In this document: positions 10,949-23,471 of the stretch, piece by piece
Layout of the letters: every line of letters starts with the position of its first letter
Numbering within the stretch: position 1 is the first letter of the stretch
Assembly (NCBI GenBank): GCA_030704615.1
Contig: CM060734.1
Coordinates: 29,140,001 to 29,204,000, forward strand
DNA length: 64,000 bases
Origin: Takakia lepidozioides
Taxonomy: Eukaryota; Plantae; Bryophyta
Direction of reading: 5' to 3'
Program-made: the position numbers and the translations under genes
Notes under the pieces: model-generated
The model's input: the letters and a program-made list of their open reading frames with translations, nothing else
What the model was told of the DNA's origin: nothing
Databases searched by the model: none

Positions 10949-11644
10949 TTAATGAGACAATAACCAGAACTCTCGTCTGTAGTATCTCTCGTATATACCT
11001 GGGTTTCTTTCAAGCTTCAATGCACCCTTGGCTATACTAGAAGTCTCCGTTACCATATAACCATATGGCTAACAAGTCTGAAAAGCTGTTCTTGGTGTGA
11101 GTTTGATCCACAGAATATCCTTAGGAATCCAATTCTTTACCAGTACAAGCTCTTCATGCATATGAGTGTAAACATTCACTTTCCTTTCCTCCCAGCCTTC
11201 AAACTCTACTTGCTTAATGGATAGCAATGCTATCACATAAACCAATGTTGGTAACCAACGTGCTCTTCCTCTACATGCCACTTGATAAATCTTTATCACT
11301 CCTTTCTCCAGACCCCACTCAGGGTCAGCATCATGTACTCTCTTAAGAATGTTTTCTTTACAACCGTCTGGCAATTCCAAGAACCTTTGAAAGAATTGTT
11401 TGGACAATCTTTCCTTCTCAGTTCCACAGGGAATTTGATTCACATCAAATTCTTTAATTCTCCAACCACCATGATCCCACCAGATGCCTGTCACATCTGG
11501 TTGTTCATGACCCAGATCCCCAGTATGGTCGCCAAATGTCGAGCGGCTTTTACTCACCCATCCCTTCGCTATCCGAGGCGGAAACTCCAAGATAGAAGAG
11601 TTGGATATCTCTAAGCACTCAGCCCGCTCAGAACAATCAGTCAT
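10949..11644 (-). CDS. Extra ORF (ORF0, ~230 aa, unknown function) upstream of gag; one internal stop at 11069
   Basis: The same protein (MTDCS...EFWLL.H) is encoded at 25869-26564 on + in a second copy, with stops at different positions. Confidence 0.6.
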
Positions 11645-12159
11645 GACCTACAACTAGTGTATCATGGTTGTGCTTCCTATTTGTATTTCTTCTTGCCTTC
11701 ATGTTAGTCAATTACCTTACTGTGTATACTGAAGCATCAGATTGCTTCAGTATCTATCAAGCTCCAATCAATCAATCATTCATTCATTCCATAGCTTCTC
11801 TCATGTCTCTTTACACAGTATGACTGTATCGAATATGTATCAGATTAAGATTAATCAAGTATCAGGCCATTGCCATGGTGTCCCTAATCTACCCTACTGT
11901 TTGATTCTACAGCTTGCAGTAATTAAGCCTCAATCAAGTCATCATCTCCTCTTCACTGTTTCCGCTCTCCGTTTCGTCTCCTCTTCCCCTGACCAAGTCG
12001 CGCTCTCCAAGAAGTGATCCCCTTCCTGTTGCCGCCCTGCTTGATTTACCCGCAAGCTGTTCTTACTAACTAACTGTCACCCCTGAAGTAACATGTTCCC
12101 TCTGCAGATGTCGTTCCCACACAGTCATTCCCTGTCAATGATAACCGTTCCCTATGTAC

Positions 12160-12310
12160 GTTGTGACAGGTTGTGCCAAGCTGTGTTGAGCTGTCACTGT
12201 GCCGAACTGTGACTGGCTGTGTAAAGCTGTGTCGGGCTGTGTTAGACTGTGTCGGCTGTGATAGACTGTGACGGGCTGTGACTGACTGTGTCAAGCTGTG
12301 TCAGGCTGTC
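12160..12310 (-). repeat. ~10-bp CACAGNNNNN tandem repeats at the 5' (probable LTR) end of the second Gypsy family
   Basis: CTGTG recurs about every 10 bp here and as CACAG at 25161-25340 in the sister copy. Confidence 0.75.
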
Positions 12311-13488
12311 TAACCCCCCCTAAAGCCTGCGCCTGTCACCCCTAAGGCTTCTGTTGGTCTCAGTCCACCATACATAAGTCTGCGCAAAAATTAAGGGTAC
12401 CCCACAGATTCCGTAAAAACGTCTAAGTCCCAAACAGCCCTTTAACAGAGAGACGAAATCGCGTCTGACCACATGCCAAGATCTGGCCGCCCACATACGG
12501 GCATGAAATAAACTTACATACGTATTTGATATATAAACCGTAGCCCTGGACCCTAGGCCCTGGCCTAGGGTAATGAATCTTTTTGGAGCCTATCCTAGGC
12601 TAGAAAGATCCCTAGGCACAGGACATAATCTTTATCCAGAGTAAAGAATATTCTAGGAAACTACCTCGAGACATGGGAATCTTTCCTGAGGTCCAGGCAG
12701 CCTTGTATGCTTGGCCTTTTTGCTATTCCCTACTGGTAGATACTATATTATGTACCATATATAAAATACGTATGTCCTAGGGTTCGACCCTAAGACAAGC
12801 ACACCAACCATGTCTCAATACAAAAGAGTCTGCAGATTCGGAACCAGTATGGCTCTTTTGGTATTCCATAGCTGGTGTCTTCCATGGGCCAGATTTCATG
12901 CAATTGTCTGGAAGACCTTTAGTCAGTTTGGTTTTTGGCAGACTACACCCTAATTACACCTTCAAATCACTTCAACTAGGGTGACATTGTTTAGGATCAT
13001 AAACAATGTAGCTTCACAAGTAGCTCTGCTCTTTGTGCTGAAGGTTATCCCAGGCTCAATACACAAAGAAGCTAAGTTGCTTCGTCTCATCTCATGCCTC
13101 TGGAAATGGATGGTAAGGAGATCTTGGATCTTTGGTAAGTAGGACTGCAGGCCCTTGAGCCATGACTGTTCTTACTAGGATAACATCTAGTCTCTTGTTA
13201 TTATAGTCAATTGGTTCAGGAACTGCAAATTTGCTGAACACTGTTCATGGAGTTGAGGTTTTATGGGAGTTGCATTGCTAGGAATGAGATCCCCACAACA
13301 GTGCGCAATTTGTCAGGCAGATTAGTGTGGATAAGCTTAGGGAATGATTGCATCATATGCAAGCTTATATGGAGAGATGCCACAATTCAACTTTTGCCCA
13401 CAAAACTAGTGGTTTAAACTTTAGATTGTTCTAGTCTGTTTTTTGAGTAACATTATTTTCTGTGACTGTGACTGTATTTCTTTTGCAG

Positions 13489-14683
13489 CTTACGACAAAC
13501 TTTGTATGTATGGGATTCGAGTGCATGCTGCAATCGATGGTGGTAGAATGTCATGGACATCTAGTACATTCTGTACTGTATAGGTTATTACTGGGGTTGA
13601 TAGCATCAAGAGTGTATGTGCGCAGGTTATATGGAGGCAGTTACAAAGTATGGGATTCCGTTAAGAATCCGATCGGACTTTGCCTCGGAACACTCATTAA
13701 TCAGGGCTCATATTGAGGAGGCGCGACGTCACACTAGAAACCCATTTTTAACGGGATCCTCTGTACATAACCAGGTACTAATGAAGGTTCTTAGAAAACG
13801 ACAATGCAACCTGATGGATGCCTTGCTGCAAACTGTGTGTGGACTACAGGGGTGCCCACTGGCATAGAGATGGGGACAGAAAGAGGCGGTGAGATGGCAA
13901 TGGGAGAGAGAGGAAAAGAGAGGAAAAGATCCTACAAAAAACACATGAACATGCTTAATTCTTGGAGTGGTAGAGATATCAAACTCAAGAATGAGGAAAA
14001 TGCAACAATGTTTGGTATTCATGTGTGGTTATCTGTTATCCCCACAGAGAATTGAGCATTGGTGGAGAAATCTGTGGGAGCGCGTCGTGTTCTTTTATAA
14101 AAATGCTTTTCAGGCAATGGAGCGTGATGGGATACTGGATATAGCTGACCCATGGCAAAGGGAGTCTTTTTTGTTTGTGTACATTCCAATAATGCAAGTT
14201 GCTGTCAGTGAATATGTTAGTGTCTGGAATAATCACAGGGTGCGCCGGCTGAATGAGAATGGCCAATTCCGGCACTCTCATGTCCCTGCGAGGTATTTTA
14301 GAGAGTTTGAGCGTCTACATGGTTGGAGGTCTCACCTTCTGGAGGACCCCCATGGCCTGGTCCACCCCAGTGCCATCGGCACACAAGACCCTGGTCCACG
14401 GGGGCCACAACACTGGCGAGATACGAGACCCTTGCTTCCCGATCTTCCAACATCAGGGGCTGAACTGACAGCTAGTTTGGCTGAATTACGCGATCAAGCA
14501 TATGGGAGCCGGGTAGAGAGGCTACAGGACTCAGTGGCGCGCTTCACCTTTCATTACTATCTGTCACGTTATTGCCACCTGGCCATGTCACAATATGTTT
14601 ATATTGATCAGCTACAGCTAATTGACGACTCCAACGTGAGCCGGGAAGCTTTCCGATGCTTGGTTGATCTAGCCAATGCCTGA
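13489..14683 (+). pseudogene. IS3EU-like (IS3/IS481-related) DDE transposase, downstream exons
   Basis: YDKLCMYGIRVHAAIDG; EAVTKYGIPLRIRSDFASEH; GSSVHNQ | GT-AG intron 13775-14047 | RIEHWWRNL; WNNHRVR. Matches the 'HNQRIERLW...WNxH' integrase-core family. Confidence 0.8.
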
Positions 14684-16410
14684 TGACAATGCATGTGGTA
14701 GGTGCATATCCCATATCTCTTGATTCTTGCAGTCGGACCTCTGCTGCTTAGTTGATGCTTGAGTGAGTGCAAGACCAAGTACCTTGATTGGTAGGAGCCA
14801 GCCAGCAGAAATAGTTACAATCCACCTCATGGTTTCTTGTCTGATGTCAATTCCATCCCATAGTTAAGATCCGATGTATAGTAACTGGATTGAGCGCACG
14901 CCATGGCACTTCGGGCTGGATTGACATACCCTGGGCCTGAAACCCCCGACAAACTGGAGGAGGTCTTTCATGTGGCAGTAACTAAGCTCTCTTGTATCTT
15001 GCTGTTATGCTCGCTCACATTAATATCTCGTGAGCTGGGCTACACTGGGCGTGCTGTTTATGACCATTATACTTCCCATAACGATGTTAATTCCAACAGC
15101 CCTTGTACCCAAAATCAAATTCCTTTGAACCAGACTGTCGACTATTGTTCCATGACACTGCTGGCTCCTGGAGAGTCAGTAGGGATATATCATGGTGTAC
15201 ACAGGGAATGGGCAAGAGTACTTTTGATCCCAGTTCTCCTTACAGGCCATAGCAGTTTACATAAGTGTGGTGAGAAGTCTTTGCCTGTTATGCAGGGAAG
15301 GGAAACGAGAAGTTGACCATGACAGTGGCCATGCCACTTCTCTGGGGGGTACCCCTTGCAATTAACACCCGTCACTATGCCATCAGGTCGGGCGGTGGGA
15401 TTGTTGAGAAAACCTATAGGCAATGGGAGTTTTTGTGACTCCTTGCAAAGTTTGAATGTTGGCATTCATGATTGCCCCAGATTCAAGGTGTGGGCCATGA
15501 GATCATTGGTGGAGTATGGAGATAAGTTACTGCATGCAAACATAAAAATAGTGTGCTTGTAGTCAGTTTCTTGTACAGTTGTGAATTTGTGCTATAGGGT
15601 TAGTATCTGCAATTGCAGATTCTGTAATGAGCCAAATCGATTCCAGTATGGCATGTCTGTAAGATGCTATCTTTCAGCAGCTTTAATGTCGATTTAAATT
15701 ACCTTTAATGGTTTTGTAACTTCTCTGTTGGACATTTAGCTAATTTTGCTTAAGGGGAACATGCACCACTAGTAGTGTGAGATGCAAATGAAGGGTCGCG
15801 CTGTGGAATGGCAGTCCTTTCAGCAGCCACAATTGGGTAGGCAGTCAGGTGAGAGGGAAAAGAGGACACCTCAATCCATGTGTTGGTGTAGGTTAGTCAT
15901 TTTCTTGTGTAGACTACAGGGGCAACCCTGCTAATCAACAATTTGCCAGCAGGAAACTGCAGACTGAAATGATGTTCAAGACCTTCAGAATTTTTGTCAA
16001 ATTCCTAAAGCAGATGTATATATCAAAGCAACAGATGCGGCCAGGAAGTCCAATAGGTGGATTACCCCAAAAACTGCACAAACTTTCATTACATGATCAT
16101 GGCTTTCTGCACCTTGACCTGCAAGCTAGCAGTAATATTTGCTCTAATTCTTATTTGATCTAGCATGAGAAACCTCTCAAATGTGTATATCACAGCCCAA
16201 ATCACCACTTTGGGAAGTTGGTGAATAGTGGAGCTAATGTCAGCCTATACAAATATCAACATGAAATAAGTGGATTGAGTTCTCCAAATTCAGAGTTGCT
16301 TATAGCCTTGTGCTAATTCAAGTGGGATTTCCACACACGAACTTTTCTGACACTTTGCGATTGATATTTGGTTGTCACAACCATGACAAAGAAGTTGTGA
16401 ATAGACTCAC

Positions 16411-16860
16411 AATCTATGTGCCATAGTCCCATCGGCATCGTCACATTATACTGCGCCCGCACGAGTTGTCTCGCCCTCCGCCGTCTTGCACAATGGTAAG
16501 CTGAAATTATCCTAAGTGCAGCTGTAACTTTACGCTCAGGAATTCGAAGGTTGGCCATGGCGAGGGCTGACCGCACCTGCCGCATGCCCCAGTTCACACC
16601 ATTCTCATGAATCGGTAGTAACTCCTCAATCTTGTCACAAACCTCCGGCACTGACAATTTATGATGTACAGTGAAATTGTACCCTAGTTCCTTGCTCATA
16701 AACCTTTTTAGTTGCCACGTATCCTGAAAGGACAAGGCATCTGCAATTTCTTTGAAGCCCCCCCCCCCCCCCCCGGCGGAGCATCCCTTCCACATACTCC
16801 ACCATCGTCTCGCTCCATCTTAAGAGAACCAGATTGTCCCAATTTGCAATACACAAATAG
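16411..16860 (-). pseudogene. IS3EU-like transposase first exon (HTH region to first catalytic Asp), on the opposite strand
   Basis: WGMRQVRSAL...RIPERKVTAALRII...YNVTMPMGLWHID followed by donor GTGAG at 16410. Frameshift in the poly-C run at ~16757-16774. Confidence 0.75.
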
Positions 16861-19311
16861 CCTTTCAAACTGTAAAATCGGAGTGATGAGGTTGGTGTAT
16901 TGATGTATAGGGATAGACAGGAAATCTTTCGGACCGTCGCACGCGGGCTTCGAGAGCTCGGGCAAAATGGCAAGAGCCACGGAGGCCGGGAGAGAGACGA
17001 AATCGTGGCCCTCGAAATCCTACAGAAAATCTCGGCCGTTCATTTCTGGGCAGCTGCCCGAAAATGCTACCTTTTTGTTCCCAGACGTTCCCATTTGAGG
17101 GGGTCTGGCGGGACTGGACAGGGGTGCCGGTCCTGTCCCGGGGTCCAAGACTGTCCCGGGGTTCAGGCCAAAACAGTTACCCCAGGCCCAGGCCAAAACT
17201 GGATTTTTTAACTCAGTCCTGTACCGATGGCTTGGGCCTGCATTCATGGCCTTTTTGCTATTCCCTACATGGCGACCTAACGCGGCTCGTAGGACCTGGC
17301 TCCCTACTATATCCGGTAGCAGGGGCTCCTCTCGATGTCCGGTTTTTAGGGCAGCGAGCCAGTCAGTTTACCCTTGTCCACCGGATATAGCAGGGAGCCA
17401 GAGCCGCGTAGGTAGTTAAAATCTAGTAGGTCGTAGAATACCACATATAGCACCAATCCTCAAATCCAGTCGAAACACGCCACATCAGCGAGTCTGCTCT
17501 AAAAATCGGTTACGAAGAGGGATCTACGGCGGGCAAAGCGCGGTTGTCGTGGAGGAAAAGCGAGGGTTGAGAAGATGGGATACGCGCACTCACGGGAGTG
17601 TTGGTTGCATGGCCCTGTGCTTGCTGCTGTGTTTCCCTGAGCTGGATAGAGTGCGGAAGTCAATGGTGGAGCGTTTCCTCGCTTCTGGACAACTGCCATT
17701 TGACTCTTCTTGAGACTAACTTGAGGGGGGAAGCAGTAGTAGGCGTTGTAGCGTTTTTAAGGTCTCCGTCGTTGTGGTGCATCGTGTCCTAGACCTTCTT
17801 CGGGAGAGGTTTTAGCGTTCCAGGGCGCTCGTAACTCCGTCGCGGATAGCCGAGTCGGGAGACTTCGCACCTGTTTTGTGTGACGACTCCAGGGGACGTA
17901 GGAGGATTTGCTTTCGAGTTTGAGGAGTGGGAAGACCGGTATCTGAGACCGGCTAGAGATTCGAACGCGCCTTTGCCGTTTGGGATCCCTCGTGCGTAGG
18001 GAAGTGGTTTGCATACAGGATAGGACAGAGGAGCACTGTTGTGGATAATGTGGATCACTGACAGAGCGAGTTGACTTTTTCGGTAAGTCTGTATGTAGGT
18101 ACAACCTCTCTGTGTTTGTTTTTGTTGCTCTGTTGATGGAGTCTCTGGGATTGTGCGCCAATCTCCTGCCCTGTCTCCTACGAAATAGTCTACTCCACGG
18201 GGCACCTTTGATTTCTTACGCTATAATAAGTTTGTTTCAGGTGCCATTGCACGCCCATATGATAACTGTACCGAGTCGACTGAGTACGCATATCAAAGCT
18301 AGCTACTAGCGCAAGGCAGAGCTCATCCACCATTCCCTCTCCTTGTAGCATCCTTCGTCCTTAACAATTACAATCTAGAGCATTCGCTTTAGATGCTACT
18401 TCCTGAGAAGACTCAAACGGAATGGTCCTCTCTTACAATTCTTGAATCTGATGGCGTGGATGCTTTCCTGCTGTTGGAAGATATTGTCTGTGGTGGCATT
18501 GTTGTACTTCTATTATGTGTCCCATTCTCAGCGCGAATACCTTGACTTGACCTTTGGTCGGATTTTGCAGAGTGTTATTCATTTGCAACTGCGTTGTGCA
18601 AAAGCAAATTACGAGTTCAATACTGTGCTGAGGAATCAGGCATCCCTGTAAGATCCATGACCTTCTCAACCATGCGTCCAATGCATTGGAGATATGCATT
18701 GTTAACCAAAATTATTATGGCATTTTAGACCCGAATTGACCATGTTCACCTCAGGCACAATTGGGTACTTGGTTGTCACCCAAGACTTGAGATTGATTGT
18801 CACCCCAACAAGACACTACTTACCCTAGTTCCCTCATTTTCAGCCTCCATGCCCCAGTGTGCAGTTTGTGGTGCTACTGAAGGTGCCAAGCATATCAGAT
18901 TGCTAGGTGATATAGTTTTTGAGGAGAACAGCTGATGTGTAAGTGCGTAGAGGCTGCCCAAAGATTCATATAGATTCAAGCATTGGAAAGCAATGTACTC
19001 TGTCGTCCTTAAACATTGCAAGAAATGTTAACTCGTGATGCTGGTCAATGCAATGTCATGGGATGGATAGCTTTGTAGCAAGTGCAATATGATGAAAGAT
19101 TGGTTCTCCGGACATGTTGGACATAGTGCAGATGGAGATTTTTGAGGCTTCTCACAAGCTTTGATAGTAGAGAGATCAGACTTATGTCAATCGCACTGAA
19201 CATAGCAGATTATCATAAATGATATATTATAATTAGTTGAGAAGGAACCTCATAGCACTATTCACTTGCCTTTTGTACATTAAATGACACTATATACTTG
19301 TTGGTGCAGCA

Positions 19312-22300
19312 ATGCTGGGGGATTCACTAAGCACGCCAAGTCAGCATGGCTTGCAAGGAAGTGTGTCATCTCGGTCATCAGTGGTTCTTGCAGGGGGGCT
19401 GGTTACGGATGCGCCAGCAGCTTTTAGCAGGGTTGATGCTGTAGGATGTGGGGAATTGACTGATGTTTCCAGCATCAGTAACCTCTCTATAGCTGGCCTT
19501 ACACAAGCTGCTGCAGCCATGGTGATGCAGTCTCCTCATCCAGCTTGCTCTCGAGTGTTTGACAACTCTCCTGTCAGTGTTCTTGCAGGTGAGACGTCAT
19601 CATTGCTGTTGACCAAAGTACTCAGGTGGTTGGTTGGTGCACAAACACACACACAAGGAGCGAGAGATGCAACTATGAGAGGTGCTCGACATAAGTTTGT
19701 GCCCATAGTTCCTATGGGTTTGGCCTACAGGGAGACGCTCATTGTATCTGGACCCACAGTGGAAGTGTAACCCCTGTACATGGATGTGTGTCCTTTGTGT
19801 TCATATCATGAGACTTTGTGCTGGCATCGGATCCTTGTAAGGGACCTTTGCACCTATAGCTTAGCATGTTGAGTGGGTCAATCTTACAGTTGTTGACCCT
19901 TGCAGAGGTAGTTGACATCCTGAACTGAGGTTTGTGGAAATCTGCATATTCCAGAGTACTCATCGACAATTTGTTTTTTGACATTTTCATTACTGCAGCT
20001 ACCTGGAAGAAGAGTTCTGTTGATGTATTGAAGTGGTCAAACATTGGGCCTTCTTACATTAATATGCCACAGAACAAGCTTGTCAGTCTAGGTTATTTTG
20101 GTATAGATTGGTTGACACTTATTCCGCTGGGATCAGGGCCTGGAGTATTCACGCCTTCACCATCACCATCACCATCACCTATACCAACAGGGAACAGCAT
20201 AGTTGAAGGGAGAGATGCAGTCGCCAATTTGGATGCGTGCTTGAATGATGCCTCGTCACTTGACAGTGAGGCCGGCATTAGCCGTGTTGAACCTCCCCCT
20301 GCCACAGATGGGGCTATCTCATGCACAGGCCCTCCACCATTGCCTATTCGGACACGCCGAAAACCTCCACTCTCTGAGGAGTCCGGTGTAGCAGGCTGGC
20401 GCACTCGGTATTGGCGCCGAGAGGTGTGTTGCTTTAATATGGTTGACAGCTGATAAGTTTGTAGCCGTTGTTGGGAGGGGGACTCTTGTACGCATGATAC
20501 AGTGGGTGCATTGCACATGGCTTCCTTGCCTTCTGTAGCATTCTATGCTTCATGGTTTGCAATGTGACTGGCAACAAGTACTGTGCATATCGTCTCATTA
20601 GAAGTGGGTCATTGTCATTCTTACATGAGCAAACGGTCAGTGAGTGGCTGGTTCTTCAAGCAACTGGTCTTATTCTTTGGTAAGTATAGAGATTTGTGTT
20701 GGTGTTCCTTTCTCCAGTTTAAAGGTAAGAAAGCATGGTGGGTATGTGAAGGCTGAAAGAAGATGTAAGAGCAGCAGTGACAGCATAAATAGAGGAGAAG
20801 AAGAAGGAGAAGCAGAGGTGGAAGGGAAGGTGGAGATTTTCTTAGACAATGCCCTCACTGTTGCCGATTCTGAACCTGAGTCTCCGACAACACCTTGTTC
20901 CACTTCTAAACCACAAGTTTTGGAATGCCCAAGTACTCCCTTAATCAAGTATGAAGCTCCTCAAGTTCCTCAATTCTTCTGTATTTGTGTGATTCCCATG
21001 GTCCACAGATGAGAATGTTGGTCACAGATAGTTGTCCTCTTGCTCATCTTCCCATTTCTGTAAATCCATATTTGTGTCTGCTGTATGCTTGCTGAACCAA
21101 CAGGCCCTTTCCTGCAGTTCACTAGTCTCATCGGATTCACTTATCAGGGAAAAGGCCATATAGTGTTGCCTTTGGATTTCTGATATGCATCTTACTATTA
21201 TGGTGCATTGTTAGCTACAGGACCAGGGTGTCTCACTGAGGTCTATTATTAGTTTTCTTGAACAGCATTGTCAAATAAGCAAATAGCTCAAATCTGATTG
21301 GCACATGGCAATGGCTGCCTGTTGTCCATGTAGGTAGCTTCAGGAATCGGTAATCAGAACTCTAGCTTGTGGCTTAATGTGGTTATTTATTTGTGGATCG
21401 TAACCAGCAGGGAGAACCCTAAAGCTGACCTGATTGAAATTCTGAATCTGAAAGCCCATAGCAGAACCTTACGAGTGGAAATGTTCTAGGAAGACTGAGG
21501 TTTTATCGACTTACAATGCTGCCTATGTTGTACTAGGCAGTCTCACATTTATCAGGTTGTCTTCTCACATTGATTGGTAGCAGGAGCAAGGAGCTGTCGC
21601 GGCAAAGCAGCCTGAATGACACAAAGTTGCTGTTGACTACTCATCTCAAGAGGACAGCCAGCATTTTCATGTTTGACAAGCACTTTGAGTTCCTTCGTGA
21701 GATCGGGCGAGGCTCCTTTAGCACTGTGAGTTGCTATGCTGCAGCAGTATGAACCTTGGCCTGTGTCTGTCTCTGGCGTTTTGGCTGTTTTTTACTACGT
21801 GTGGCTTGGAATCAGTTTATTTCGAGCAGCACCATTATTTTCTTAAGTTGGTCTCATCTGTCTTCAGTATATTCTCACCAGTTTAGGGAGAGTTGTGAAC
21901 GAAGCTCAGAAATCTGGAGAATCATCTCTGTGAGGGGGAATTTACACCCAGCTGGAAATGACGCGTCAAAATTGCAAGGAGTGAATGTGAGAACAACTTC
22001 GTTGGCAGGTTTATGAAGCTCGAGACAGAAGAGTAGGCTCACTTTGTGCCGTAAAGATGAGCAAACGCCAGTTCCGAGGACGGGAGGACCGTGAGCGCTA
22101 CATGCATGAGATCCAGAGTGTAGCATGCCTGGCGGAGCATCCAAATGTGATTAAATATTTCAGGAGTTGGCAACAGGACTCCCACTTCTACATACAGATG
22201 GAGCTTTGTGAGGCTGGCAATCTGCGCACCCTCCTTGATTCCCTTAAGGAGCCACTTGTTGAAAATCAGGCATGTATATTATTATCATTGATTGAATTCT

Positions 22301-23471
22301 GCTTGGGCAAGTGTTATTGTGGACTGTTCTGCTTAGTCGTGGCTATTTGCTAGCACTACTATTAAGGCTTTATGGCCTTTGATCCACGGTGCTTGGATTG
22401 CATGGATATATGGTTTTCCTTGGTTATTTTCCTGGTCATTTTGATTCAAAGCGGCGCTTTCTATTGGAAGCTGTTGATGCTGCTGTAGTATAGACATCCA
22501 CATAAATATCTCATGTAACATCTCAGATCATGTTTTGTGTTAAGTTACCCTAAAACTCCTCATCTCCTACCTGGCCTTGGATGTGTGTTTTCTATCCCAT
22601 AGATTTTATGTCAAATCCAGCTTTTGAGGGATCAAATGTTGACCTGTGCCATTCCATAGGCAGTTGAGATGTATATCCTGCTATTGTTCATGAGAGGTTG
22701 AAGGGGAGTTTTGGATAGATCTTCCTTACCACTTTCCACTAGACCTGAAAGTTACTTGGTTTGATTGTGGAGAGAGCCCACAAAATTTCACGTTGTACAT
22801 GCCGATGTGATAAGTTGGATGTCAATTGTTGTAGGTCTGGACATACATAGAACAAGTGGCAGCGGGTCTAGAGCACATTCATTCCCAGGGTGTGCTTCAT
22901 CTGGACATCAAGCCTGAAAATATATTTGTAGACAGTCAAGGTTTGCTCCAGTTCTTCCAGTCCAACAGTCTGTCATTTTTTATTGGGCTCACAGGTACAA
23001 AAGTTCAGCTTTAAGCTCTTGTCGGCACTCTCAATTTCAGCTGTTTCAAAGCGTGGAACCTCTTTGAGTTTTTGGCTTCCCCTTTGTAATGTGAGATATA
23101 CAACAGTATTCCAGTCTTTGATATGTGTGGAACTGTTTCTTACAGGGGTCTTGAAGATAGGGGATTTTGGCTTGGCTGTTCCTTGGAAACTCTGGGAGTG
23201 GGAAGAAGGAGACGGAGGGTATGTAGCACCTGAGCTGTTGCAAGAGCAGGAACCTGGGCCTGAGGCTGACATGTACAGCTTTGGTGCCATGGTATATGAG
23301 TGGATGACAAATAGCAAACTGCCACGGTCTGGGTCTGCTAGAGAGGGTCAGATAGAGGTACCATCAAACAGGTCAATTACGCTTGGAAGCTTGGTGCGCT
23401 CTTTGTTGAATCCCAATCCTTCTAAGAGACCAAGTGCTACTAGAGTATTGGTATGGCGACAAGCGGCATAG
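19312..23471 (+). CDS. WEE1: Wee1/Myt1-family protein kinase (multi-exon host gene)
   Basis: Kinase exons ~21584-21725 (EIGRGSF), 22009-22269 (AVK, MELC), 22835-22940 (HLDIKPENIF) and 23146-23471 (KIGDFG, EEGDGGYVAPE) are phase-compatible. Probable N-terminal exons 19312-19588 and 19999-20423 splice in phase with each other; further exons and the true start are uncertain. Confidence 0.85.

Larger units (their letters stand above)
5545..12320 (-). mobile_element. Ty3/Gypsy retrotransposon, second family (no DNMT), with an extra ORF upstream of gag; 3' end cut by copy A
   Basis: On the minus strand: repeat-rich leader, ORF0, gag with three CCHC knuckles, protease LIDGGSG, RT FLDD, RNaseH, integrase KWGLDFVGP...ISD...HPQGNGQA. 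Confidence 0.9.

Noticed and set aside
13489-16860. Trans-splicing as the explanation for the opposite-strand exons
   Set aside because: No evidence from sequence alone; both halves carry frameshifts, so rearrangement of a dead element is simpler.
17400-18300. Possible decayed LINE 3' region (LWCI-like motif)
   Set aside because: Too degenerate; no continuous frame, tail or TSD.
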